Assembly (NCBI GenBank): GCA_035643635.1
Contig: DASQQB010000139.1
Location: forward strand, 54,865 to 86,864
DNA: 32,000 bases
Reading direction: 5' to 3'
DNA from: Nitrososphaeraceae archaeon
GTDB taxonomy: Archaea; Thermoproteota; Nitrososphaeria; Nitrososphaerales; Nitrososphaeraceae
Shown here piece after piece: positions 15,756 to 25,478 of the stretch. The stretch's first letter is position 1. Each line of letters starts with the position of its first letter. The notes beneath the pieces were generated by a model that saw nothing but the letters and a program-made list of their open reading frames with translations, was not told the DNA's origin and did not search any database. A program made the translations under genes and the position numbers.

Positions 15756-17174
15756 ATGTCTTATTTCCGGATTGATAAAGATTCCCTAGGAGAATTTAAA
15801 GTACCAGCTGATGCGTACTATGGCCCATTTACGGCTAGAGCTAACTCTCAATACAAAGTGACAGGACTAAGACCACATATAAATCTCATAAAGGCATATA
15901 TCATGATAAAAAAATCTGCTGCTCTTGCAAATAAAGACCTTGAAACTCTTGATCCAGCAAGAGCAGATGCAATAGTTAAAAGTTGTGATGAAATTTTATC
16001 TGGTAAGCTAATTGATCAATTTGTTGTTGACCCAATAAATTCCGGAGCAGGAACTGCGTTTAATATGAATGCGAATGAAGTGATCGCAAATAGGGCAATA
16101 GAAATTTTGGGAGGAAAAAAAGGAGAATACGAGTTCGTTAGTCCAAATGATCACGTAAACATGTCACAGTCTAGCAATGACACCTTTCCCACTGCTATGC
16201 ATGTATCTATTCTACTTAATTTGTCGGAAACAATAACTGTTCTTGATAAGTTAATTCGATCACTAAGAAAAAAAGCCGAAGATTTTCAAGATATCATTAA
16301 GATAGGTAGAACACATTTGATGGACGCCCTTCCTGTCACGTTAGGAACAGAGTTTGGCGAATATGCTTTTTCTTTGAAGAAGGCTCAGGAAAATATTTCC
16401 CATAATATGGAAAATCTTAGGTATGTGGCTTTAGGGGGAACTGCAGTAGGTAGCGGAGCAAATTCTCCAAATATGTATAAAGAGAGAGCTGTATCGTATT
16501 TATCAGATATTTCTGGTCTTAAATTAATATCTTCTGAAAATCTGTATTATTCTTTGCAGAGTAAATTTGATGTTGCCAATTGTTCATCTGCCATTCGAAA
16601 TATTGCGTTAGAGATGATTAAAATGTCTAATGACATCCGATTGATGGCTTCTGGCCCTGTATCCGGTCTGGCAGAAATATTTATTCCTGCCGTTCATGCT
16701 GGATCTTCAATTATGCCTGGAAAGGTCAATCCTTCTCTTGCTGAATGTCTCAATATGATTTGTTTTATCATTGTTGGGAATGATGTTTCTGTGGCAATGG
16801 CTGCACAGGCAGGTCAGTTTGAACTAAATGTTATGATGCCTGGAATGCTAAAGTGTATTTTAGACTCAACAGATATGTTGAATAATTTTCTACCAATTTT
16901 CACATCAAATTTGATCGATGGACTCAAAGAAAACCGTGACAAAATAGAATCCTCTATAGACAAAAGTCCTGTGTTGGTAACTCTTTTAAATCCATATATA
17001 GGCTATTTGAAGGCTGCCGAGATTTATAAAGAGTCTCTGAATACAAATAAAAGCGTAAGAGAATTAGTATTCGATAAAAAGTTAATGACAAAAGAAGACC
17101 TAGACAAGGCATTATCAAAGGATAATCTAGGCTTGGGAAAGAAAAAACATTATCAGAAAAATAAAAGAAAATGA
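15756..17174 (+). CDS. fumC: Class II fumarate hydratase / aspartate ammonia-lyase superfamily enzyme (FumC-like)
   Basis: Signature 'GSSIMPGKVNP', plus 'SQSSNDTFPTAMH' and 'LGGTAVGSG', which favour fumarase. 'VPADAYYG' and 'GAGTAFNMNANEVIANRA' resemble aspartases. The substrate call is therefore tentative. Confidence 0.8.
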   Translation: MSYFRIDKDSLGEFKVPADAYYGPFTARANSQYKVTGLRPHINLIKAYIMIKKSAALANKDLETLDPARADAIVKSCDEILSGKLIDQFVVDPINSGAGTAFNMNANEVIANRAIEILGGKKGEYEFVSPNDHVNMSQSSNDTFPTAMHVSILLNLSETITVLDKLIRSLRKKAEDFQDIIKIGRTHLMDALPVTLGTEFGEYAFSLKKAQENISHNMENLRYVALGGTAVGSGANSPNMYKERAVSYLSDISGLKLISSENLYYSLQSKFDVANCSSAIRNIALEMIKMSNDIRLMASGPVSGLAEIFIPAVHAGSSIMPGKVNPSLAECLNMICFIIVGNDVSVAMAAQAGQFELNVMMPGMLKCILDSTDMLNNFLPIFTSNLIDGLKENRDKIESSIDKSPVLVTLLNPYIGYLKAAEIYKESLNTNKSVRELVFDKKLMTKEDLDKALSKDNLGLGKKKHYQKNKRK

Positions 17175-17412
17175 CAAGGTAAAATAACTGATTACTAATA
17201 CCTATCTGTTCCTAATTTTGTATTGTGTATATTATAGGATTACAGATTATCATTAGAAGTAAGTAGGTTCGATCTTGTTGATATTCCATATATATCTGTA
17301 GCTTGCCAACTCCTCGTACCTGCTAGTCAAGCCTCAAAAATGATCTAAACAATATATATTTTACAATTGCATACTAGATACAGATAAAGAAAGAAAGTTT
17401 AATGATTATAAT

Positions 17413-18330
17413 ATGAAAAATAACACCCTACAGGACAACCGACTTGTTAAAAAGTTTTCTGAATTATATTCAAAGTCACAACTACCATCAGCAAAAAGAG
17501 CATCATCTAAGCCAACTAGATTAAATAAAGAACATTTACTAATTTCCTATGCTGTCGCAGGATATCCCGATATCAAAACGTCCAAAGAAATTGTATCAGC
17601 AATGATTAAGTCTGGTGCAGATATTATTGAAATAGGGATACCCTTTTCAGATCCGATAGCAGATGGTCCTATTATCCAAGAGGCTTCTTTCATTTCTCTT
17701 GCTCATGGGATAACGCCTGAAAAGGCTTTGAAAATTGTTAAAGAAATTAGAAAAGAGTTCCCAAAAATACCCATAATTATAATGAGTTACTCAAATATCT
17801 TAATTAAAGCAGGAATTAGCAAATTCATGAATGAAGCAAAGCAGTCAGGAATTGATGGTTTTATATTACCAGATATGCCTATTGAAGAATCTGAGAAATA
17901 TATTAAAGAAGCATCAAAACTTAATCTTGCAACAATCTTTTTAGTAACGCCTAATACAAATGAAAAAAGATTACGGTCTATAGCTTCTAAATCTAGTGGA
18001 TTTCTTTATTTAGTGTCAGTATATGGAACGACTGGTATTCGTCAATCATTTGAGAACTATACTGCAAAATATGTAAAGAATACAAAGCGAATTTTAGGCC
18101 CTTCAATTCCACTTGCGGTAGGATTTGGAATTAGTGATCCATCACATGTTAAATTCATGATTAGAGCAGGGGCAGATGCAATAATAATTGCAAGTGCAAT
18201 CATAAAGATAATTAAAAGTCATGCCACTATAGAAGATAGCAATAAGAACAAAAATAAAGAAATGCTGAAGAATGTAAGTAGTTTTGTATCAAGCATGAAA
18301 AAAGCATGCATGCAGAGTAATTCACATTGA
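17413..18330 (+). CDS. trpA: Tryptophan synthase alpha subunit
   Basis: 'LISYAVAGYPD', 'GADIIEIGIPFSDPIADGPIIQEA', 'GFILPDMPIEE', 'YLVSVYGTTG', 'VGFGIS'. No trpB is adjacent. Confidence 0.9.
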   Translation: MKNNTLQDNRLVKKFSELYSKSQLPSAKRASSKPTRLNKEHLLISYAVAGYPDIKTSKEIVSAMIKSGADIIEIGIPFSDPIADGPIIQEASFISLAHGITPEKALKIVKEIRKEFPKIPIIIMSYSNILIKAGISKFMNEAKQSGIDGFILPDMPIEESEKYIKEASKLNLATIFLVTPNTNEKRLRSIASKSSGFLYLVSVYGTTGIRQSFENYTAKYVKNTKRILGPSIPLAVGFGISDPSHVKFMIRAGADAIIIASAIIKIIKSHATIEDSNKNKNKEMLKNVSSFVSSMKKACMQSNSH

Positions 18331-18744
18331 ACCATAGAAAATCAATCGATAGGTTGCAAATTCTTTTCAAGAAAACATCATATTATTTATTTATTCCTTC
18401 CTTACAACTTTAGAAATCTTCAATCCCCTGTACAAGGAAGATCTCGACCTGACATATTTTTAGATGCTTACTTGTGTTTTTGAGTATGACTTTATTACTG
18501 TTGTTATACTTGGCTTTGCTACCATATCACCGATAGAGTCGAACTATAATAATTCTTTGGGAATAAGAGACTATTGTGATATCGAAAACCACTCAGCACG
18601 AAAAGGTTGTGGGTAATAAGTATTTCTACAATAGTAATAATTAGAGATCAATTAGTGATGTTAGATTTGACGCATGAAGATAATATGAAATTTTTCGCCT
18701 AAACTATAATTCTGGATATTTAGATATGAAGCATGTGTTTAACT

Positions 18745-19974
18745 TTAAGAATGATGCTCATTGTGCTTTTCTTGTTCTATTGGGATGTTGGAGATGGGAG
18801 AAGCCTTATTTTTTACATCAAAAAATCCCATCCATCCTAGGTCAGCAAATTCAGCTTTATGTGCATGAAACATGTACCTACCAGGATAGTCGAACTTGAA
18901 CTCTAATACACCTCTATCAGCTTCACTCATAGCTACAATATCATTTGTATAATCAGAAGTTTTTGATGTCCCAGATGGGAAATAGTGGAAAAGCGTTCCG
19001 TGAACATGAAATGTGTTTATCAAATCGAATTGAAGCATGTTCAATAGATATATACGATATGGTTTTCCAGACTCTAATGTGATTGGGTTATCCATATAAT
19101 CAAATGCCTTTCCATTGACTGTATATACTTCATTGGTATGATCCTTTTCTTCAGGTATCTTTCCGGATTTGGCCTCTTCTGGCGTTGGTATTTTACCTGA
19201 CCCTTCTCCTTCTTTTTCATAATCAAGATCATAGCCATTCATTAACATTGCCATTTCCTTCATATGCGGCCGAGGTATTTTTGGGTCTATTATCATCATA
19301 CCGTATAACCCATTATTGATATGTTGATCAACAGGCGACATATGACAATGATAAGGATAAACCCCGTAGGGCTGTGCAACAAATTTGTATGTATAACTAT
19401 GACCAGGAAGTATTGATCCACCAGTACCATCTACGCCATCCATCTCTGATGGATGGATAGAATGCATATGCAATGAATGTGGAAGCTCATTATCTGCACT
19501 ATTTATCACTGTGATCTTTACTAGATCTCCTTCAGTCATACGCATCGTTGGTCCTGGAACAGTCTCATTAAATGTCCACGCGTCAAACTTCAATCCATTA
19601 TTAGCGATCGATATAGGTTGATTCTCTTTGATTATCAAGGTGAATTCTCTTGATGTGACACCATTATTGTCATGGTATCTTCCACAATTAAAATATGTCA
19701 AGTATTCAATTGATGTAGCGCGTTTGCTAGTGTCCGGAGTGCAATTCTTTTCTCTATCATATTCTTGTGAGGAAATAGAAACATCTCTGTTAGTATTTTT
19801 AAGAGTAGCAACGGTATTGACTATTTTATTTGTAGACTTTGTACTATCTTGTTTCGCTTGAAAGTTTTCGGTTATTGATGTCTCGGCTCTAGAATACTGC
19901 CCTTGATAAAATATAAGGAAAATATAACCAAAGAGAATAATTCCTAAAACTAACGAAAAGTCAGTCCTTAACAT
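18745..19974 (-). CDS. Membrane-anchored two-domain multicopper oxidase (T1 site in the N-terminal cupredoxin domain; type-C-like)
   Basis: N-terminal TM helix (FSLVLGIILFGYIFLIFY). The copper motifs occur in the order H166-xx-H169-x-H171, H209-C210-H211-x6-H218-x4-L223, H323-x-H325-G, H370-x-H372. Confidence 0.85.
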   Translation of the reverse strand: MLRTDFSLVLGIILFGYIFLIFYQGQYSRAETSITENFQAKQDSTKSTNKIVNTVATLKNTNRDVSISSQEYDREKNCTPDTSKRATSIEYLTYFNCGRYHDNNGVTSREFTLIIKENQPISIANNGLKFDAWTFNETVPGPTMRMTEGDLVKITVINSADNELPHSLHMHSIHPSEMDGVDGTGGSILPGHSYTYKFVAQPYGVYPYHCHMSPVDQHINNGLYGMMIIDPKIPRPHMKEMAMLMNGYDLDYEKEGEGSGKIPTPEEAKSGKIPEEKDHTNEVYTVNGKAFDYMDNPITLESGKPYRIYLLNMLQFDLINTFHVHGTLFHYFPSGTSKTSDYTNDIVAMSEADRGVLEFKFDYPGRYMFHAHKAEFADLGWMGFFDVKNKASPISNIPIEQEKHNEHHS

Positions 19975-20000
19975 TCTTAGACTTTACTGCTAGATATTAT

Positions 20001-20013
20001 TATTATATAAAAA
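20001..20013 (-). promoter_or_regulatory. TATA box for the multicopper oxidase gene
   Basis: On the minus strand, 'tttttatataata' lies about 27-39 nt upstream of the ATG at 19974. Confidence 0.4.
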
Positions 20014-20353
20014 CGCATAGGTATGATCTAATGCTAAATTTTAGAGTGGCAGAATATTGTTACTATACAATCGAGAGAATCGAGGTACGAGAGGTATTAC
20101 TATGGAACATTCTAATCTAGAACTTTCATACCTATTTTTTTACGAAATCGTTTATAGGATTGTGCGGGGGAACATGCGACATGGCAACTACGACTTATTA
20201 CCTACAAATTAGAAGTCGAAGTACATAAAATTAAAAAAAATAGCATATGTGGTATTATAATATAATTTTCTTGTTATTAATATGTGTCTATATGTAGATT
20301 TATCTATATAATTAAAACAATTTATTTTACTATTATTACGTACAAAAATATAA

Positions 20354-20917
20354 ATGCGCAGATATATGATTCACCTAAAAAACAGATCCTATGCTCCGAG
20401 GGATGCCTCAGATCTGCTTAGAAAAGCAAGAAGTTTGATTTCGGATTCTAATATTATCATTCGAGATGCAAGAGTGTCAAATAAATACCTGGAATTTGAT
20501 GCAAGTATTTCTGAAAATGAGAAAATTGAAGATATAATTAGAAAATTAAGACATATAGGAGATCTATCGGAATATGATGAAGTTATTGATAGAAATATCG
20601 AAAAGGAAAAGGCCATTAAATATGCCATAACATTGTTTAATGACGAGAAATATTGGGGGGCACATGAAATCTTGGAATCGGTATGGAAGAAGGCTCATGG
20701 AGGAGAAAAGGATATCTTAAACGGGATTATATTAATTGCAGCTGCTTTTGTACATGATGAAAAGGATGAATCAAGCATTTGCTTATCTATCCTAAAGAGA
20801 GCAATGGACAAATTAAAATACTACAATGGTATGAATTTAGGGATAAACATAGATCAAGTAAAGTTGTACTTGAATGAGATGATAAAAAGTCAGAAGATAG
20901 ATCGTTTTGTTATTTAA
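20354..20917 (+). CDS. DUF309-domain protein with an unassigned ~85-aa N-terminal domain
   Basis: 'FNDEKYWGAHEILESVWKK...GIILIAAAFVH' matches the DUF309 core pattern (F..g.yweaHE.lE..W). The N-terminal part is not recognised. Confidence 0.65.
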   Translation: MRRYMIHLKNRSYAPRDASDLLRKARSLISDSNIIIRDARVSNKYLEFDASISENEKIEDIIRKLRHIGDLSEYDEVIDRNIEKEKAIKYAITLFNDEKYWGAHEILESVWKKAHGGEKDILNGIILIAAAFVHDEKDESSICLSILKRAMDKLKYYNGMNLGINIDQVKLYLNEMIKSQKIDRFVI

Positions 20918-20973
20918 GATCAAATATAAATGCAATTATATATATACTACAAATATTAAAGACTCTAGCCAAT

Positions 20974-22122
20974 TTATGAAATGCCTTTTAATAAAGTTTC
21001 AACAGCTACTTGAAACTCTACATTATTCATCGGTGGAATAGATGCTATTCTAAGGTTTTGTCTAACATGTTCCATTTTCTTTTGTCCTATTAGAGGTGCG
21101 ATTACAGAGGGACTTGACCTTATTATCTGTAATAGCTTAGCAACCTGATCGGTTATTCCCCCATAGTCTGGAACGGGTTTATCAAGTAACCGACTCTGGA
21201 ACAATGGAATACTTGTAAATACCCCGATATTCAACTTTGACGCCGCCTCAAGTATGGTTAAATTTTCTTCCGATCCAACAGTCTGATTTTTAAGGAACAT
21301 TGGTTCGCTATAGGCCAAGTTATAAGGAAGCTGAATAAATCGAAATCCATTCTCTTTTCCTCCAACTTCTTCTGCAAGCTTGACTATCTGTTCTAATGAA
21401 AGGTACTCCTTGTTATCTCTTTTTACTCTAAAACATGTCCATGTTGCCATTCCATAATAAGAAATTCTATGAGATGACCGATATTTTTCATAAACTTCAA
21501 AAACTTTATAAAGCATTTGCATAAACTCAGTTCTACTAACGTCTTTGTACCAACTCTCGAATGCGTTGTGAATATAGACTAGATCTAGCGTGTTAAGATG
21601 CATATTGCTAAGTGATTTATCTATACATCTTGCGATGTAATTTGGGTTTAGAACATTGTATCCGGAACTAATATCGTCAGGTTTTATAATTTCTGTTGAG
21701 ACAAACATTTTATACATATATTCCATTGTATCGATAGCCGGATAATCGCCATCGTTAGTAATGTACCCGTTTTTTGTACTAACAAAGAGCTCATCTCTTG
21801 AAATAATGCCTTTATCCATAAGACGAGCAATGGCCCTACCAATACTTTTTTCAGACTTCATTGCACGATAATTGATTGCAGTGTCTATTACATTAATACA
21901 TCCCGATTTTACAGACTCATATACTGCATCTTCAATAGCTTGATCATCTTGTATGTTGAGTTCGCCTAAATATGTGCCCATTCCTATACTCGATAAATAT
22001 AAGCCATCGAAAGAACGAAAATGACTTGCAGGTTTATCATTTTGAGTTGAATATTCCATATATTTTTTTGTTCCAGCTGGTGTTGCGAATCCATCCAGGT
22101 AATCATTGCATTTATTAGTCAA
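20974..22122 (-). CDS. Aldo/keto reductase family oxidoreductase
   Basis: 'SSIGMGTYLG', 'INVIDTAINYR...SEKSIGRAI', 'LFVSTKNG' and 'LDLVYIHN' fit the AKR layout. Confidence 0.85.
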   Translation of the reverse strand: MTNKCNDYLDGFATPAGTKKYMEYSTQNDKPASHFRSFDGLYLSSIGMGTYLGELNIQDDQAIEDAVYESVKSGCINVIDTAINYRAMKSEKSIGRAIARLMDKGIISRDELFVSTKNGYITNDGDYPAIDTMEYMYKMFVSTEIIKPDDISSGYNVLNPNYIARCIDKSLSNMHLNTLDLVYIHNAFESWYKDVSRTEFMQMLYKVFEVYEKYRSSHRISYYGMATWTCFRVKRDNKEYLSLEQIVKLAEEVGGKENGFRFIQLPYNLAYSEPMFLKNQTVGSEENLTILEAASKLNIGVFTSIPLFQSRLLDKPVPDYGGITDQVAKLLQIIRSSPSVIAPLIGQKKMEHVRQNLRIASIPPMNNVEFQVAVETLLKGIS

Positions 22123-22296
22123 TGCTATCAGTATGTTAATGAGCAGAAATTTATGTTTAAGGTTTAGTAATGATAATCGCCATCGCTATTTTATATTAGT
22201 GCATAGCGGATTAATACATAAATGTAGAATTCCCAATATATTAATGGCTAATAGGCAAAGAATAAATAATTGCAAGGTGAGGACTATTTGTAATTT

Positions 22297-22923
22297 TTGA
22301 TTAATCTTGCGATCCTCATTTCTGGAAGAGGTAGTAATATGGAATCTATTTTGTGTGCATTGAGCTCAGGCGAAATAAAAAATATTAGATCTTCAGTGGT
22401 TATTTCTAATAATCCAGATGCAGCAGGTTTGCTAATTGCATCCCAAGAATTTAGGATTCCGACAGAAGTTGTCCTTGCTCACGGATTAAAGGGTTGGGAT
22501 TATGATCAAAAGATTGCTGATGTTTTAAATCAATATTCTGTGATGCCTGATAATGGTTTAGTTTGTCTTGCTGGATACATGCGCATCGTAAGCGTAGAGT
22601 TTGTCAGACAATATAAAATGCGAATACTTAACATCCATCCGTCTCTACTTCCTTCGTTTCCTGGACTTCATGCGCACAGACAAGCTATAGAATATGGTGT
22701 CAAAATATCAGGGTGTACCATTCATTTTGTGGATGAAAATATTGATACAGGCCCCATAGTATTGCAAAAAGCGGTTCCTGTTTTTGACTCGGATACTGAG
22801 GAAACCCTTTCTGCAAGGATTCTAGAACAAGAACATCGAATGTATCCTGAGGCTATTAGACTTTTTGCTGAAGACAGGATACGAATCAATGGACGTAGAA
22901 TATCAGTTGAAGATCAGTATTGA
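22297..22923 (+). CDS. purN: Phosphoribosylglycinamide formyltransferase
   Basis: 'LAILISGRGSNMESIL', 'ILNIHPSLLPSFPGLHAHRQA', 'SGCTIHFVDENIDTGPIVLQ'. TTG start; the first in-frame ATG lies inside the conserved G-loop, so TTG is preferred. Confidence 0.9.
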   Translation: MINLAILISGRGSNMESILCALSSGEIKNIRSSVVISNNPDAAGLLIASQEFRIPTEVVLAHGLKGWDYDQKIADVLNQYSVMPDNGLVCLAGYMRIVSVEFVRQYKMRILNIHPSLLPSFPGLHAHRQAIEYGVKISGCTIHFVDENIDTGPIVLQKAVPVFDSDTEETLSARILEQEHRMYPEAIRLFAEDRIRINGRRISVEDQY

Positions 22924-23309
22924 ATTCATGGACAGACTCATATGCTAATCAATATGTAAGAAGGTTCATTAATTCTTTGATACATCTGGTAATAGACAGT
23001 ACTTTTATTTTATACAATTAAATAAAACACATACATATACATCTCGTATAATAACAGTGAAGTAAAATAACGTTTTCAAATATTAAAAATAATGTTCTTA
23101 ATTCATTATCAAATAAACAAGCCTGCAGGATTTGTAATAGGTCGTGAATGCGATAATAGGCTTGGTAAAGAGATTATGTAGATATGACTACTGACTATCA
23201 CAGTACGAGATTAAAATATATTCAAAAAAATCACTATTGTAAAGTATCGACTCTGCCTTTTGCCAATTGAGATACACACTGTATAATGAGAAGATCCTCC
23301 TTGACTCAA

Positions 23310-23705
23310 TTAAGAAAAACTGGTACGTTTGTAATCTAAAGACCCATTTTGTCTTCTTAGAGTCTCCAAACGTCTCTTCAATCTTTTAACAGTACCTGAA
23401 ATATCCAGGGTTATTATCGGTGGATCCATAAAAGCCATAGTTAATAGAATATTATCAAGGCTTTCCAATTTACAGCATAGTATCAAAATATTATTTTCAT
23501 TAGGTAGAAAAGATCGAATTGACTTCAGTGCAGAATTTTGGGACTCTATAGATCCGAAAAGTTCAGAATATCGCTTCAAAACTAGCTTGACGATATAGTT
23601 GTAATCTAAATGTTTATGATCATTATAACACAATATAGCTAAATATCGACGCTTATTTGATCTATTTAGAATATAAAAACACCTTTTTCTGGAACCTAGT
23701 TTCAA
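23310..23705 (-). CDS. rnp2: RNase P protein component 2 (Pop5/Rpp14 family)
   Basis: 'NKRRYLAILC' near the N-terminus and 'ISGTVKRLKR' near the C-terminus are the Pop5 hallmarks. It lies immediately downstream of Rpp30 in the conserved archaeal order and overlaps that gene by 44 nt. Confidence 0.75.
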   Translation of the reverse strand: MKLGSRKRCFYILNRSNKRRYLAILCYNDHKHLDYNYIVKLVLKRYSELFGSIESQNSALKSIRSFLPNENNILILCCKLESLDNILLTMAFMDPPIITLDISGTVKRLKRRLETLRRQNGSLDYKRTSFS

Positions 23706-24201
23706 TCCATTCTTGAAGATCCTGCCAGTACTGTTCAGGTACTATGCCTATGATTTTTAGGATAGCGTCAAATGAGCGACCAGAAACCATCTCAAACAAA
23801 GAATTTGCTCCACTAGAGAGGATAAATTGGCAGTTCGTTGATTTAGAAAACTTATACAGATCTTTTACTTGGCTAACCCACCATCCAATCTCATGACTAT
23901 TGGCCCTACGCACTTCGTCTATGGTAACTTCTAATCCCAGTCCTTTTTTTATACGGCTTTTCAAATTATTTCTTAGCATTCTAAAATTTTTTACTACCAA
24001 AATATCCGTATTTGCAGAGGAGAATTGACCGAGTTTCTCTGAAACAACAAGATAAAGAAATTCAGTTGCTTCAGATGGTTTCGTACTTAAACGATATATT
24101 ATATTTTTTTCAGGAGATTTTTTTTCAAGGGTATTGTCAAAACGATAATCTAATCCTAGCGTGTTAATACCCAGAGAATGTGCCATAGTAGTAATTTCCA
24201 C
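23662..24201 (-). CDS. rnp3: RNase P protein component 3 (Rpp30 family)
   Basis: 'ILSSGANSLFEMVSGRSFDAILKIIGI' matches the conserved Rpp30 C-terminal block. Synteny with DUF54 and Pop5 supports the call. GTG start (an ATG lies 5 codons in). At 179 aa it is short for the family. Confidence 0.72.
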   Translation of the reverse strand: MEITTMAHSLGINTLGLDYRFDNTLEKKSPEKNIIYRLSTKPSEATEFLYLVVSEKLGQFSSANTDILVVKNFRMLRNNLKSRIKKGLGLEVTIDEVRRANSHEIGWWVSQVKDLYKFSKSTNCQFILSSGANSLFEMVSGRSFDAILKIIGIVPEQYWQDLQEWIETRFQKKVFLYSK

Positions 24202-24230
24202 TAAATTGTCTTTAGCCCTTATACATAAAT

Positions 24231-24713
24231 CTATTCTATTGAAGATAATAAAAACCTCCTATAGTCATGAGACGTTTTACCCGGTCCGAATTTCCTTACT
24301 GGGCTAAACCGAATTCTAATAGCATCATTATCAGTGAGCGATATTTTACTCTTACAAATGTTCTGTTTATCTAACCGGAGGTATACATTATTCTTTTCAT
24401 CCACATGTTCATCAAGCGAGTTTAAAAGCAAAAGTCTGTCAAACTTATTTAATGAATGAATTATTCTAATGGCAAGAGCATTCGCTTCTTTTGTATTATC
24501 TATACTAGCTCTGACGAAATTTATTTCATTGCCCCAATGTCCTTCCAAACAATTATTCGAGAATTTATTATTAGATATTGCCAGTAAGTTCTCAATAGAT
24601 TGTAATATTTTATCTTTATCTTCAGTAGCATGAATAACAACATCAATTCTTGCGGCAGAAAACCCTTCAACGTCATGATAAGTAATATTATTATTTTTTG
24701 ATTGTATATTCAT
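24231..24713 (-). CDS. DUF54/COG1325 predicted RNA-binding protein (exosome-superoperon member)
   Basis: 'VVIHATEDKDKILQSIENLL' and 'YLRLDKQ' are the family hallmarks. Its position upstream of Rpp30/Pop5 matches the conserved archaeal gene order. Confidence 0.7.
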   Translation of the reverse strand: MNIQSKNNNITYHDVEGFSAARIDVVIHATEDKDKILQSIENLLAISNNKFSNNCLEGHWGNEINFVRASIDNTKEANALAIRIIHSLNKFDRLLLLNSLDEHVDEKNNVYLRLDKQNICKSKISLTDNDAIRIRFSPVRKFGPGKTSHDYRRFLLSSIE

Positions 24714-24778
24714 AAGTTGAACTTGTTAATCACGAAAAATCACAATAAGACTAAACTAAGAGGCGGTAATATACGTCG

Positions 24779-25447
24779 CTAAGCAAGTTCTTCTCCTTCT
24801 TGTTGTGTCTGCGGTATGCTTTCAACTGCTTTTACCTCCTGTACGGCTCTTAATTCAGGAGTTGTAATTAATTTCGTTTTCTTAATTCCTATGTGTCTTA
24901 CAGGTGCAATTTTTTTTACCTCTTCTAAAAGACTATCGTTAATCTTACCATTCGTTGCTTCTTGTACGAACACATCCACAGTTAGTCGTGGAATCCTTTC
25001 TTCTAATAGCCTATGAATAATGGTTCGAATATCATGTTTCCTAGAAGAATTGAGTCTTCTCTGACTAAAAGCAACTACACCAACTCTGAAAGTGTAACCA
25101 TCCATTGTTGTGTAATCATGAATATTATTTATCATTGAGCTTCCCCGTCTTATCAGACTCCTCAATAATTCCTTTGTGTATTCATGACCTTTGAATATAG
25201 TAGTACCAATCCCGTCGCTAATATTTTGAATTTGAATAAAGACCTTAATCTGATGCTGCGACGGATCTTGTTTCAAGATATCAAAAAGGGTATTTTCAAT
25301 GACTCGTCCTTTTGATTGAGTTATATCTGTAATGGGTAGGTAGTTTAATGGTTTTCTTTCAAATGCAGTTGGCGGATATACTACTATCCACTGTTTGTCC
25401 CGCCATTTATCTCTGACTCTTCCAGCTCTTTTAGACCCTTTGACCAT
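24779..25447 (-). CDS. rps3ae: 30S ribosomal protein S3Ae (eS1)
   Basis: The N-terminus 'VKGSKRAGRVRDKWRDKQWIVVYPPTAF' and the overall 222-aa layout are typical of eS1. Confidence 0.9.
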   Translation of the reverse strand: MVKGSKRAGRVRDKWRDKQWIVVYPPTAFERKPLNYLPITDITQSKGRVIENTLFDILKQDPSQHQIKVFIQIQNISDGIGTTIFKGHEYTKELLRSLIRRGSSMINNIHDYTTMDGYTFRVGVVAFSQRRLNSSRKHDIRTIIHRLLEERIPRLTVDVFVQEATNGKINDSLLEEVKKIAPVRHIGIKKTKLITTPELRAVQEVKAVESIPQTQQEGEELA

Positions 25448-25468
25448 AAAAACTCAAACTTTGTATCC

Positions 25469-25478
25469 AAAATATAAG
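25469..25478 (-). promoter_or_regulatory. TATA box for rps3ae
   Basis: On the minus strand, 'cttatatttt' lies 22-31 nt upstream of the ATG at 25447 (leaderless-type spacing). Confidence 0.4.

Noticed and set aside
18745-19974. Copper nitrite reductase (NirK) call for the 409-aa copper protein
   Set aside because: The 'PH-x4-H' and 'HC...H-x4-(M/L)...G..I.D/LP' blocks look NirK-like. However, the Cys is flanked by His on both sides (HCH), and domain 2 carries HxHG and HxH motifs, implying a trinuclear cluster. The position of the NirK catalytic Asp (HNIDFH) is His here (HSLHMH). Multicopper oxidase is the better call.
20095-20240. Slightly GC-richer patch with a 6-bp stem (cgactt...aagtcg) and a 35-codon ORF in the MCO/DUF309 divergent spacer
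   Set aside because: The stem is short with a 16-nt loop, and the ORF has no features. This is most simply divergent promoter DNA.
19628-22300. ORFs 19628..19861 (+), 20389..20628 (-) and 22106..22300 (+)
   Set aside because: The first two are antisense to the MCO and DUF309 genes. The third spans the divergent AKR/purN promoter region and overlaps both gene starts.
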